A stretch of 64,000 nucleotides of DNA from Acidobacteriota bacterium (GCA_965205505.1 CBDBHB010000009.1:1376001-1440000); one strand, 5' to 3'; positions 51,755 to 63,794 are shown, numbered from the stretch's first letter. Program-made: numbers and translations. The notes: generated from the sequence alone by a model not told the origin.

Positions 51755-51781
51755 TATCAATTGGTATTTTATTAATTGATA
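51755..51781. promoter_or_regulatory. AT-rich inverted repeat upstream of padR, candidate operator
   Basis: TATCAATT-N11-AATTGATA. Confidence 0.55.
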
Positions 51782-51994
51782 GTATAGAAGACGGCGAACT
51801 CGTCGCGCCGTTCGTGTGCGACGAGTTCATCGTCGTCGCGGTCGGCGGCGTCCACCACGCAGCCGAGTTCGTCGCACTCGCATTGCTGTGAGCGCCGGTG
51901 CGTCTACGCAGCCAGCCCGGCCGTGTTGGCTCAGCAGGAGCGCGACGACCAAGAGCACCGTCTCCGCCGGCATGAATCCCTGACGCGGTCGCCG

Positions 51995-52702
51995 CTACCC
52001 TCCACTACAGGGTTTGAGGGTGACCCAGATGAGCTCGATCGGCTCGTCGCCGTTGTTGCCCGAGTCGTGCTGCTCCGACAGTTCGACGGCCTCCATCCAG
52101 CCGACAGAACCGTCGGGCGAAGGCCGGGTGCCGACTCTCTCGCTGCCATCGCGACGCCCGGACCACACACCACCCTTGACATGAACGTAGACCTGCTCGC
52201 CCGGGTGGGAGTGCACCCCCTCCCACTGCCCCGGCTCGACGACGAACTTCTGCACCACGACGTGATCGTTCTCCAGCAGCAGTTCGCCCGGAATGTTCGG
52301 ATAAAACGTGCCGGTGTGATGGTTCGCCACTAACGTGCAAGGTTTGAGGGTGATCCAGACCAACTCGATTGGGGTGTCTCCGGTGTTGCCGGAATTGTGT
52401 TGCTCCGACAGATCGATGGCATCCATCCATCCGACGGAGCCGGCGGGCGAAGGCTGGGTGCCGATTCTCTCGCGGCCGCCACGACGCCCAGACCACACAC
52501 CGCCCTTGATGGTCACCCAGAGCTGGTTGCCTGGGTGTGGATGGACCCCCTCCCACTGCCCCGGCTCGACGACGAACTTCTGCACCACGACGCGATCGTT
52601 CTCCAGCAGCAGCTCGCCCGGAATATCCGGATAAAAGGTACCGATCTCCTGGCCGGCAAAGAGCAATCCGGGGAGCGCCAGGATGACGGCGGCCAGCATC
52701 AT
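51995..52702 (-). CDS. secreted tandem-cupin protein with a recent internal duplication
   Basis: Two ~110-aa repeats (LLENDxVVVQKFVVEPGQWEGVHxHPG...EQHxSGN); DNA period 330 nt. Confidence 0.8.
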   Translation of the reverse strand: MMLAAVILALPGLLFAGQEIGTFYPDIPGELLLENDRVVVQKFVVEPGQWEGVHPHPGNQLWVTIKGGVWSGRRGGRERIGTQPSPAGSVGWMDAIDLSEQHNSGNTGDTPIELVWITLKPCTLVANHHTGTFYPNIPGELLLENDHVVVQKFVVEPGQWEGVHSHPGEQVYVHVKGGVWSGRRDGSERVGTRPSPDGSVGWMEAVELSEQHDSGNNGDEPIELIWVTLKPCSGG

Positions 52703-52906
52703 ACGGATTGGGTTTCGGGTCGCTGCACTCGCGGGTGCTCGGCACGGAACGCGGCATCGGTTGCTGCTCGTGAGGTCCATGGACGGCATCAGCTGACTCC
52801 TGGTCGAAGGACACTTGGGTCGCAGATCGGGAAACGACTCTATCAACATAAGGCCGCCAGTGGTCAAGAGCACACCTCGCTAACATGCCGATCTGATCCC
52901 ACTCCT

Positions 52907-54892
52907 TCAGGTTCGCTCGGCCCAGGGATATTGGAACTCGGGCCGAATGACGTCGGTGATCAGCTCTTGGACCGCACGGTGCGCCTGGTCGAACGCCGCC
53001 TGTGTAAGACACGTCGCGGCCGCGTCGGAGTTCGCGATGCCGATCCGCCCGAACCGCTTACGGCCCAATACCCAGGGAGCCTCGTCGTATCCCCAGTCGG
53101 GGTCGAAGAGGTCATTGCCCGCTCCCGCGTACCCGTGGGGCCAGCGGTTGACGAAGATGGCCTCGATGTCCCGGGCGGGATCGAAGCCTCCCTCCCCCAG
53201 GGCACGAGCAAGCTGATCCCTGATGCCACGCTCGAAGGTCTCGAACGACATGGCCAGAAGCTCCTCCCGTGCGGCGCGCCACTGGTCCCGTACGGAGAGC
53301 CCCGGAGCGTTCGGAGATGCCCAGAGCCTTACGACGACCGGTTCGTCGGGCAACCGGCCGGTCTGGTATTCCCCGAAGCTGTTGCTCCAATCGTCAAGGC
53401 TGACATTCTCGAAGTACGCGCTCGGGCAATGGATGCGCGCCACACCGAGCCGCTCGAACGCTCGCCAGCCGCGAACCACGACGTTAGTCGCAACGAAGGG
53501 TCTGCGCACCGCCATATGCAGGTGTTCTTTCTGGTCCTCCGGCAGCTCCGGACACAGATACGGGATCACCGAGTTGTAGCAAGCCATCACGCAGGTGCCC
53601 CCGCGCACGCGATGCGCTTGGCCGTCCCGCACGTACGTGACCTCCACCGCGCTCGCCTTGGCCCGATCGCCCACGTGGTGAGCGTTTACCACCGTGCTGT
53701 TGAGACGGATGCGCACGTCGTTTTCTGCCCGGTCGAGGGTCGAATACCGGACCCGCGTCGGCACCGAGTCGTTCATCGTCTCGCCCGGTAGCGAACCCGG
53801 AATCAGCCAGCGCACGAGCAGCCGGGCGACGCCAGCCATTCCGTCGGGGAAGTGCATGTCATCGAACGGATTCTCCAGTCCAGGGAACCCGTCTCTCGGC
53901 GGCGGCTCCCCGAGCCCGAGGCCCTGCAGCCCGGGCAAGCTGCTGTACCGGAACGCGGCCCAGCCGCTCATCGTATCGATACCGGCAATGCCATTGGCAT
54001 CCGGGGCGCGGCGCTTGAAGAAGGGGATCACGTCCGGGTCGACGCCGACGACGTTCAGCAGATAGTCCTGATAGCTCATCTTGCGGAGCCGGGCGATCTT
54101 CTCCTGCACCGACAATCCGGGGAAGAAATCCTCCTGCGTCTGGTACAGCTTCGCGATGTCCTTCTGCACCCGGTCCGAGAGCGGCGTCTTCTGAAGCCAT
54201 TCCGTCCACGCCTCCGGCTCGTCCGATCCGGGCTCTCCTACGACCAGCCGATCCTCACCGAACGTCTCCTCGTCGAACAAGACCGCGCTTCCCAAGCCCC
54301 GCTCTCGCGCCCGTAAGCTGCGTCCCACGTTCGCACGCCTGTACACCTCCGCATCCAGACCGATGTCGTGCATCAACTCCAGGCCTTCGTACGTATAGGC
54401 TCCGGTGATGTACGCCGTACCGCCGTAGCTGATGACCTGGCGCCCCTCGACCATGGCCTCGTTCCGCTGCGCGTGCCCTCCGAAGTCGTCGTGGTTCTCC
54501 AGAATCAGGACCCTCGCCTCAGGCATCGCCTTGCGGAAGTAGTAGGCCGCCCCGAGACCGCTCAACCCGCCGCCCACCACGATCAGGTCGTACTCTTCTC
54601 CGGTTTCCTGCGGGTCGTCCCACACCTCGCCGTCCCGCATGCGATGAGCCACCTCGAACGACCCCGGATGGCTGCCCCGCATCCCCGTACGTGTCGGCGG
54701 ATAGTACGTCTCCTGGCTCACAGATTGATCGACGACTGGAGATGCGGCCGGAGCCAGCCGGGCATCGCGCCCCTGCGCCCCCACATCCCCGGGCGCAAGG
54801 GCCGCTCCCGTGATCGCGATGCTCGTTCCGCTCACGAAGTCGCGACGGTTGATTTCCCGGTTCATGCCCAGCTCACGATCGCTCTTCTTCAT
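52907..54892 (-). CDS. Tat-exported SpdH-like FAD oxidoreductase (second paralog)
   Basis: INRRDFV, YPPTRTGMRGSHPGS, ENHDDFGGHAQRNE, FPDG, NRWPHGY, IANSD. Confidence 0.85.
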   Translation of the reverse strand: MKKSDRELGMNREINRRDFVSGTSIAITGAALAPGDVGAQGRDARLAPAASPVVDQSVSQETYYPPTRTGMRGSHPGSFEVAHRMRDGEVWDDPQETGEEYDLIVVGGGLSGLGAAYYFRKAMPEARVLILENHDDFGGHAQRNEAMVEGRQVISYGGTAYITGAYTYEGLELMHDIGLDAEVYRRANVGRSLRARERGLGSAVLFDEETFGEDRLVVGEPGSDEPEAWTEWLQKTPLSDRVQKDIAKLYQTQEDFFPGLSVQEKIARLRKMSYQDYLLNVVGVDPDVIPFFKRRAPDANGIAGIDTMSGWAAFRYSSLPGLQGLGLGEPPPRDGFPGLENPFDDMHFPDGMAGVARLLVRWLIPGSLPGETMNDSVPTRVRYSTLDRAENDVRIRLNSTVVNAHHVGDRAKASAVEVTYVRDGQAHRVRGGTCVMACYNSVIPYLCPELPEDQKEHLHMAVRRPFVATNVVVRGWRAFERLGVARIHCPSAYFENVSLDDWSNSFGEYQTGRLPDEPVVVRLWASPNAPGLSVRDQWRAAREELLAMSFETFERGIRDQLARALGEGGFDPARDIEAIFVNRWPHGYAGAGNDLFDPDWGYDEAPWVLGRKRFGRIGIANSDAAATCLTQAAFDQAHRAVQELITDVIRPEFQYPWAERT

Positions 54893-55159
54893 TTCATGTC
54901 TCCTCGAGCGTCAAGGTGTGGGCAGTGAGACAGCGCCGCTGACGCAGTGATCGAAGAATTCCCTTGGGACAACACACAGCTATAGAAGTCTGCCGTGGCC
55001 AGGCGATCCTAGTCTACTAGTGCTCCTGATCATAAGTACGGTGACGTTTGTGGCGCGCGCGACCGAGCCGGATCCCAGGAGGCGCGACGACAGCGATGCA
55101 ATGAGCATCGTCGAGGAGCGCCGACGCCGGAGGCTGCCGGTCCCGCCGCCACCCGGAAG

Positions 55160-55261
55160 GCTGGGCCGAGATAGGGGCAATCTCGGCGTTGCGATTCGTC
55201 GACGATCGGCGAGGATCGCCATTCTCATCGCGCCTTGAGCTTGCCCCTATCTCGGCCCAGC
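55160..55261. mobile_element. 102-bp element with perfect 21-bp terminal inverted repeats (MITE-like)
   Basis: GCTGGGCCGAGATAGGGGCAA (55160-55180) and TTGCCCCTATCTCGGCCCAGC (55241-55261). Confidence 0.6.
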
Positions 55262-55290
55262 AATATGCAACGGATTCCTGACTCAGGACA

Positions 55291-55380
55291 CTAGATGCCC
55301 AGACCGGGTCGATCCGGTGCCACTACGCTCCCGCGGTCCAGCAAGTTGCCGTTCTTCATTCCAAACTCGAAGGCCCGGTC
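55291..55380 (-). pseudogene. possible C-terminal remnant of a mandelate racemase/enolase-superfamily enzyme
   Basis: ...GSVVAPDRPGLGI* resembles the family's terminal PxxPGLG motif. Confidence 0.3.
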
Positions 55381-55501
55381 GAATTGCCGCGGCCCGTGAG
55401 GTGAACAGGAAACGCTGTCCCCGACCTTGATGACCACCGTGGCCACAATCGGCTCGGCCGGGTAGTCTGTGAGCATCCCGCTCCAATCAAACCGGGTGCA
55501 C

Positions 55502-58223
55502 ATGGAGATCGGTAGCAAGCTCGGCCACTACGAGATCCTTGCCCCGCTCGGTGAAGGCGGGATGGGGCAAGTGTACCGAGCACGCGACACGACGCTGGAC
55601 CGTGATGTCGCCATCAAGGTGCTGCCGGAGGACTTCGCCACCGATGCGGGTCGGCTAGCCCAATTCGAGCGCGAAGCCAAGCTGCTCGCCTCGCTGAACC
55701 ATCCCAACATCGCCATGATCTTCGGCTTCGAGAAATCGGATGGTGTCCGCTTCATCGCCATGGAGCTGGTGGAGGGTCAGAGTCTCGCCGAACGGATCGA
55801 AGCCAGTGGTCGCATCGAAGTTGATGAAGCACTGGAGATCGCCCGCCGGATCGCGCTGGCGCTAGAAGCGGCCCACGAGGCTGGCGTCATCCATCGCGAT
55901 CTCAAACCCGCCAACGTGCAGGTGGCACCCGATGGCACCGTCAAGGTGCTCGACTTCGGGCTGGCCAAAGCCTACGAAGCGGAAGGCAGTGAGCCGTCGT
56001 CCGACCTGAGCCACTCACCCACGATAATGGCCGCCACCGGCACCGGCGTGATCATGGGCACGGCTCCCTACATGAGCCCAGAGCAGGCGAGGGGGCAGCC
56101 CGTCGATAAACGTGCCGACATATGGGCGTTCGGCTGCGTGCTGTACGAGATGCTGACGGGCGAGAGGACGTTCGATGGTAAGACCGTCAGCGACACGATG
56201 GCATCGATCCTCAGGGATGAGCCGAACTGGGATCGGTTCGCCGGCGATGTCCCCTCGAGAATCCGGGATCTGCTCCGTCGATGCTTGGTGAAGCTTCCGT
56301 GCGACCGTCTGCGTGACATCGGGGATGCTCGTATCGAGATCATCGACGCCGTCGCTCAGCCCGATGTGACCACCGCTCGATCGTCGGCTCCGGCCAAGCG
56401 ATGGCCGGTGCCCTCGTGGGGGCTCGCGGCCCTGGTGGTTGTTGGCACGCTTGCCGTCTTGTACGGGCTTCGCTCCGAAGCCCCGTCGCGCCGACCTACG
56501 CAGCGAACGCTGGTGGACCTGGGCCAGTTGGGACGAGTCAGAACCGGGATCAGCGCGCATCCTGCGCTCTCGCCCGACGGCACACGACTCGTCTACGCCG
56601 CCGAGGTTGATGGCACAACGCGCCTGTACACGCGCTCCTTGGATCGACTCGAGACCGAACCGATCGCCGGTACCGAAGGCGCCTACGCACCGTTCTTCTC
56701 GCCCGATGGTGAGTGGGTCGGGTTCTTCAGCTCCGTTGCCGACCGGAGGCTAAGGAAGGTGTCCGTTCGTGGTGGCCAGCCGCAGCCGCTGTGCGACGCC
56801 TGCGAAGCCCCCATCGGCGGGGGCGCCTCGTGGGGGGCGGACGATGTCGTGGTCTTCTCTGCCCAGGTCGCGGATCAGTGGCGCCTGTTCCGGGTGTCGC
56901 TCGCCGAGAACGGCGACCCCGAGATCCTGACCTCGGTGGACCGCGATCAGGGGGAGCGCGCCCACCTGGCTCTGCAGATCCTGCCCGGTGGTGATTCGGC
57001 ACTATTGACCATCCGGGGGTCTTTGGGCGTCTCCTGGTCACGCGTCGGTGTCGTCGATCTTGAGACGGGCAACCCGGCCCTTGAACATCCGCGGATACAG
57101 CGCACTGTACGTTCCGACGGGACACGTCGTTTTTCTTCGCGCCGGCGAGCTGTGGGCAGCGCCGTTCGACCTCGCACGGCTGCAGGCCGGCCCGGAGGCG
57201 CCTGTTCTCGAGGGGATTGAATGGGACAGCTTTTCAGTATCCACGCCGTTTGCCTTCACCGACGACGGATTGCTCGTTTACTTGCGCGGAGGTGACATGA
57301 ACGCCGGACCCGAGAGGAGCCTCGTCTGGGTGGATCGCGAGGGTCGCGAGGCGCCGCTTCCGTGGCTCAGTCCGGCTCGCTACGGCCGGCCGCAGGTCTC
57401 ACCGGACGGCTCTGCGATCGTCGTGGCCATCATCGACGGCTCGGGAAACGAGGACCTGTGGATCGTCGATCTGGAACGTGAAGCCATCGATCAATTTACA
57501 TTCGACCCGGCGCAGGATTGGATGCCGATCTGGACGCATGATGGTGAATGGATCGTGTTCAGCTCAGCCCGCGAGACCGGGGTGCTGAACTTATGGCGAA
57601 AGGCTGCCGACTTCACCGGGTCGCCGGAGCGACTGACCAGTGGTCCCGACAATCAGTATGTCCACGGGTGTGCCGCGGACGGTGAAACCGTGTTGTTCTG
57701 CGGCGGCAACAACGGCCTGCCGTTCAACCTGGGCCTACTGCCGCCGGGAGGGAGCACGGACGCCGAGTACATCACGCAAACGGAGTTTATGGAGGCGGTG
57801 CCGGTCAACTCGCCCAATGGCAGATGGCTCGCGTACCAGTCGGACGAGACCGGGCAGTTCGAGATTTACGTCGCTCGGTACCCCAATGTTCGCGATGGCA
57901 AGCAGCGGATCTCCACCGACGGCAACGGTGGCTACGCACCCGTGTGGGCACGTGATGGCACCGAGCTCTTCTATCGCAGCAGAGAATCGCTGATGAGAGT
58001 CGGCGTCGTGGCGACCGAACCCACGTTCGTGTGGGACCCTCCCGAGGCCGTGTTCGAGGACACCTACTTCGTGGGTGACTACCGCTACTTCGACGTTTCG
58101 CTCGACGGGCGGCGCTTCCTGATGATGAAGGAATCCGGGACACTACCCAGCTCCACCACGCAGCTCGTCTTCGTCAGCAACTGGTTCGAAGAGCTAAAGC
58201 GGCTCGTGCCGACGGACCCGTAG
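55502..58223 (+). CDS. Hanks-type Ser/Thr kinase + TM + TolB-like (PD40) propeller; frameshift near 57075
   Basis: GEGGMG, VAIK, HRDLKPAN, DFG, YMSPE; SPDG repeats; ends NWFEELKRLVPTDP*. Confidence 0.88.
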
Positions 58224-58342
58224 CGCGTACAGCCAATCTGGAGCGCGCTTTTTTCAGGGTGGATAGAGCCACCGAATCTCGGCGCATGAGTTCATCGCAC
58301 GGCCGTGGCAAGTGTGACTCTCAGCGCGTAGCCTCTCGTGCT

Positions 58343-61095
58343 ATGGAACCCGGCATCAAACTAGGCCCCTACGAAATCACCGAGCAGCTCGGTGCTGGCG
58401 GCATGGGCGAGGTGTACCTGGCGCAGGACACCCGCCTGGGCCGCAAGGTGGCCATCAAGGTGCTGCCTGCCGAGTTTGCCTCTGACCCCGAGCGCCTCGC
58501 CCGCTTCGAGCAGGAGGCCCGTGCTGCTGCCGCCCTGAACCACCCGCACATCGCAGCGGTCTTCGATGTCGGCACCGAAGACGGGACCCACTTCATGGTG
58601 CAGGAGTACCTGGAGGGGGACACGCTCCGGGAGCCGCTACAGAAAGGTGTGCTGCCGCTCAAGAAGGCGCTCGGCTTGGCCACCGAGATCGCCGAGGCGC
58701 TGGCTGCTGCTCACGCCGCCGGGATCATCCACCGCGATCTAAAGCCGGAGAACATCTTCGTTACCAAGGAGGGGCACGCGAAGGTGTTGGACTTCGGCCT
58801 GGCGAAGCTCACCGAGGTAGCGGCGGCAGGCTCACCGGGCGGTGCAACGCAGTCACCCACGATGATGGGCACGGTGGCCGGTCAGGTGATGGGTACTGCC
58901 GGCTACATGGCCCCGGAGCAGGTCGAGGGCTCCGACAAGATCGACCATCGAGCCGATCTGTTCGCCTTCGGTTGCGTGCTCTACGAGATGGCGAGCGGAG
59001 CACGGGCATTCGCCGGGCGCAGTATCGCCGAGACGCTGGCACACATCCAGCACGATGACCCAGCATCGATTCAGGAGTCCGACCCGTCTCTGCCCGACGA
59101 GCTACAACGCATCGTCCGAAAGTGCGTCGCGAAGGAACTGGATCGCCGATACCAGGGTGGCAATGATCTCGTGGTGGATCTGAAGGCGTTGGCGCGTGAC
59201 GTGGAGTCGGGTAGCGCCGGGATGGTTCCCCAACGTCCGCCGGTCGGGCTGAGGCCTAGCTCGAGCATGAATTCCGACAGTCGGCATTACCGGCCAGCGG
59301 GCAGGCACCAGCCGTCGTGGAAACGACACGCGGCATCCCGTGGAAGCTGGCAGCCCCGATAGCCGTGGCCAGCGTCCTTCTTGGGGCTTTCGGAGTCTGG
59401 ATCACGACCCCGTCAGCGCCAGAGTCCATCGTTCGCCGCTTCTACATCGACTATCCACCAGAAACTACTTTCCAGAGCGAGTCCACCCTGGGCGTTGCGA
59501 TCTCACCCGATGGCAAGTCGGTGGTATTCAACGCCAACCGGCAGCTTTGGCTCCGAGCGATTGACGATCCGGTTGCCACACCCATCCGTGGCACGGAGGA
59601 TGCCAGAGTGCCGTTCTTTTCACCCGATGGCCAACAGCTCGGCTTTCGGGGAGTCGATGGGCAAATGAAGAAGGTTTCGAAAACCGGCGGTGCGCCGGTG
59701 TCGCTGGGGCCAGCGCCTCAGCTACCTTACGGAGCGAGCTGGGCAGACGACGGCTACATCTACTTCGGGCAGGGTGCCGGAGGGATCTGGCGTGTCTCAG
59801 ACAACGGCGGTGAACCACAGGTAGTCGTTGAAACGGAAGAGGGCGAGCAAGCCTACGGCCCCCAACTTCTTCCCGGTGGCGAGTGGTTGCTGCTTACGCT
59901 GGCGAGCGGCCCCGGTACGTGGGACGAAGCGAGCATCGTTGCCCAGCCGGTGTCTGGCGGTGACCGCAAGGTGCTGGGCATTGTCGGCACCGATGGCCGC
60001 TACGTGCCCACCGGCCACATCGTCTATTCGCTCGCAGGCAACCTCTTCGCAGTGCCCTTCGATGCAGACAGCATCGAGGTTACCGGAGGACCGGCGTCGA
60101 TCGTCGAGGGGGTCCGGCAGGGGAGCCTCACGGGAGCAAGCCAGTACGCGTTTTCGGATCGCGGTGGGTTGGTGTACATGCCGGGTGGTAGCGCTTTCCA
60201 ACTCGTCTGGGTGGATCGTGACGGCCAAGTCGAACCGCTGCCCTTCGAGCCGCGTGCGTCTGAGGACTTGGACCTCTCGCCGGATGACCAGCGCATCGCG
60301 CTCGGAGTCCAGGGAGATGATGGGGAGTGGGACATCTGGATCTACGAGATCGAAAGAGGGGGCAGCCAGGTGCTGCTGACCATGGAGGGCAACAACCAAA
60401 TGCTCGTTTGGTCGCCGGATGGAGAGTGGTTTTTCTTCTCGTCGGATCGGGGTGGCAACTACGACATCTGGAAGCGCCGGGCTGACCGGAGTCTCGAAGC
60501 CGAGCTGCTGTTGGATACAGAGGCTAACCTGTGGCCGACATCGATCTCGGCGAACGGTGCGATGCTGCTGGTTAACAGTGGGATCTTACCGAATCTCGAC
60601 GTGAGGATACTGCCTCTCGATACAAGTGATACGGAAATGCTCGTCGATACTGCCGGCAATGAGACTTTGCCCAGTTTCTCGCCGGACAGTCGCTTCTTCG
60701 CCTTCGCTTCGAATGAGACGGGGCAATTCGAGGTGGTCGTGCGGGAGGTATCGAGCGGTCGGACATTTCCGGTCTCTACCAGTACCCGTGGTGGTTGGTT
60801 CCCTCGCTGGTCGCGGGACGGAAGGGAGATTTACTACGCATCCGTCACAAGCCCAGGCATCCTCGTCGCGGAGGTGGCGATGGAGCCGTTTTCCGCATCC
60901 GACCCTGTCGAACTCTCGGACATCGTCATGCGTGCCAATAGCAACTTCGATGTCACCGCCGATGGGCAGAAGTTCCTGGTGACGGTGCCCGCTCGTAGTG
61001 ATGAGACTGGGGCCACGGCACCCGGCACACGACTCAACATTGTCCTCAACTGGTTCGAGGAATTGAACCGGCTCGTGCCGACGGGCGGCTCCTGA
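58343..61095 (+). CDS. Ser/Thr kinase + TM + TolB-like propeller; frameshift in the linker (~59220-59320); candidate leaderless promoter TGGCAA-N17-TAGCCT
   Basis: [22 protein letters not shown]; propeller in ORF 59317..61095 ending [15 protein letters not shown]. Confidence 0.88.
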
Positions 61096-63757
61096 TGGTC
61101 GGCAAGACGCTCGGCCACTACGAGATCCTCGCCCCGCTCGGTGAAGGCGGCATGGGAGAGGTGTATCGGGCACGCGATACCACGCTGGATCGTGATGTCG
61201 CTATCAAGGTGCTGCCCGAGGACTTCGCCACCGACTCTGGCCGCCTGGCTCGATTCGAGCGCGAAGCCAAGCTGCTTGCCTCCCTGAATCACCCCAACAT
61301 CGCCACCATCTTCGGCTTCGAGGAATCCGACGGTGTGCGCTTCATCGCCATGGAACTGGTCGAGGGACAGAGTCTCGCCGAGCGGATCACCGCTTCCGGT
61401 CGCATCCCGGTCGATGACACGCTAGAGATCGCCCGCCGGATTGCGCTGGCGCTCGAAGCCGCGCACGAGGCTGGCGTCATCCATCGCGACTTGAAGCCGG
61501 CCAACGTGCAGGTAGCAACCGATGGCACCGTCAAGGTGCTCGACTTCGGGCTGGCTAAAGCCTACGAGGCGGAAGGCAGCGAGCCGTCGTCCGATCTCAG
61601 CCACTCACCCACGATGATGGCCGCCACGGGCACCGGCGTGATTATGGGCACAGCTCCCTACATGAGCCCGGAGCAGGCGCGTGGTCAGCCAGTCGACAAG
61701 CGGAGCGACATCTGGTCGTTCGGCTGTGTTCTGTACCAGATGCTTCACAGGGAAGGCGGTTTTCGGCGGCAAGACCGTGAGCGATGTCATCGCTGCCATC
61801 ATCGAGCGTGAGCCGGATTGGAGCAGTCTGCCCGACCGTCTGCATCCTAGGCTGAGGGAATTACTCGAGCGTTGCCTGGCGAAAGACCCCCGAAGCCGAT
61901 GGCACGACGTTGCCGACGTCCGGCTTGATGTCGAAGGAGTCCAGAGAGATCCACACCGCACGGAGCAAAGGGTGCCTCCCTTCGACCGGGGCAAGCAAAG
62001 AACCTCGTCGGTGTGGGCGCTGGCTAGCTTCGTGTTGGGCGCGGTTGCGACGGGTGTGGTGATGTGGAGCCTGCCAGGCGCTGTCGATACGGATACTCGT
62101 ACGGTGCGCTTCTCTTACTCGCTGCCGCTGACTCAGACGTGGACAGTTCGTCACGGCAACCTCTTGGCCGTCTCGCCCGATGGGAGCAGGATCGCATACG
62201 TTGTAGATCAGCAGCTCTATCTACGCGGGCTGGATCAGCTGGAGGGCACACCGCTTCCCGGAACCGACGGTGCCGCGAGCCCGTTCTTCTCGCCGGATGG
62301 GAACTGGGTGGGGTTTGCGACCGAAGGCAGTCTGAAGAGAGTCTCGGTCGCGGGAGGCGCTCCACTCGATATCTCGGCCGCCTGGAGGGTGACGGGCGCG
62401 ACCTGGGGAAGGGACGACACCATTATCTTCGGCGGCGGTGCCGGTTCCGGTCTACTGCAGGTTCCGGTGTCAGGAGGAATACCGCAGCCGGTGACTTTTC
62501 CAGATCCCGAAAAGGGCGAGGTCCACCATGGCCTTCCCCAGATGTTGCCCGATGGGAAGACGGTGGTGTTTACGGTTGCGACCGGGGAGGGGTCCCGTCT
62601 CGCGCTGTTGTCGTTGGAAACGGGCAGCTGGCGGGAGCTCCTGCCTGCCGGCTCGGGGGCTCAGTACTTATCTGCCGGGTACTTGCTGTTTTCTGAAGAA
62701 GGCAATCTGCGGCTTGTTCCGTTTGACCTCGACGATGGCGAGGTGACCGACTCCATCGTTCCTGTATTAGATGGCATCGAGTGGGAGAGTATCGCCGGTT
62801 TGGAATTAGCATCTTTCGCCGTGTCGCCAGCCGGTAACTTGGCGTACATCCCCGGCGATCTGCGGTTTCCCCTGACAACCCCGGTGTGGGTCGATCGCAA
62901 CGGGCGCGAAACGAGCATCGACGTCGATCCGGCTCTGTACCTCGGAGCGCATATCTCACCGGACGGACGGCGAGTCGCCTTCACCCGCGTTGCAGCAGAC
63001 GGACATGGAATCGGCGACGTGTGGGTTCTCGAGCTCGGCGCAAATCGAATGATTCCGGTCGTTCGCGAAGGGGGCTGTCTACAACGCAATCTGGACGCCG
63101 GACGGCGCTATGCTCACCTTTACGGTCAACGGCAATCTGTTTGAGACGTTGGTGGACCGTGACGGCGCACCCACGAATCTCCTGAGGCGCGAGAACTACC
63201 AGTTATCTCGGTCGTGGTCTCCGAATGGGTAGGACCTGGCGTTTGTCGATTGGTCGCCGGCTGGATTGAGCGTCTGGATCTTGTCCCGTGAGGGCGACCT
63301 ATCGCCGTTAATGGATTCGAATTCGACCTCGAATTCGACCTCGCCCCGGTTCTCTCCCCAAGGCGGTTGGCTTGCGTATCTTTCTGACGAATCTGGACAG
63401 CCAGAAGTCTACGTTCGCCGTCACCCGGGCTCCGACCGAGGCCAGAGAGTGTCGAGCGAAGGAGGGCTGCAGCCGGTTTGGTCAGTCGACGGAAAGGAAC
63501 TGTTCTACCGCAGTGGAGATCGGATGATGGCTGTGCCGATCACAACGGAGCCCGATCTCTCGGTCGGCGTGGGTCGCGAACTCTGGGAAAGACCCTACTT
63601 CGACACCGGGATGCTCGGTGGCAGTTATGACGTTGCTGCTGATGGCCGTTTTCTGATGCTCAGCGTCTCCGACTCTTCCTACTCGCTGGGCACACAGGTC
63701 AGTGTGGTCACCAACTGGTTCGACGAGCTAAAGCGGCTCGCGCCGACGGACCCGTAG
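61095..63757 (+). pseudogene. Ser/Thr kinase + TM + TolB-like propeller; frameshifts near 61745 and 63072, in-frame TAG at 63230
   Basis: Kinase domain nearly identical to the 55502 copy; TGATG coupling with the previous gene; ends [16 protein letters not shown]. Confidence 0.87.
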
Positions 63758-63794
63758 CGCCCTCAGCCGACGCTCGCCACGTACTCCGCGTGGT

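Noticed and set aside
55502-63757. Diversity-generating retroelement acting on the propellers
   Set aside because: No reverse transcriptase in the window, and differences between repeat copies are not adenine-specific.
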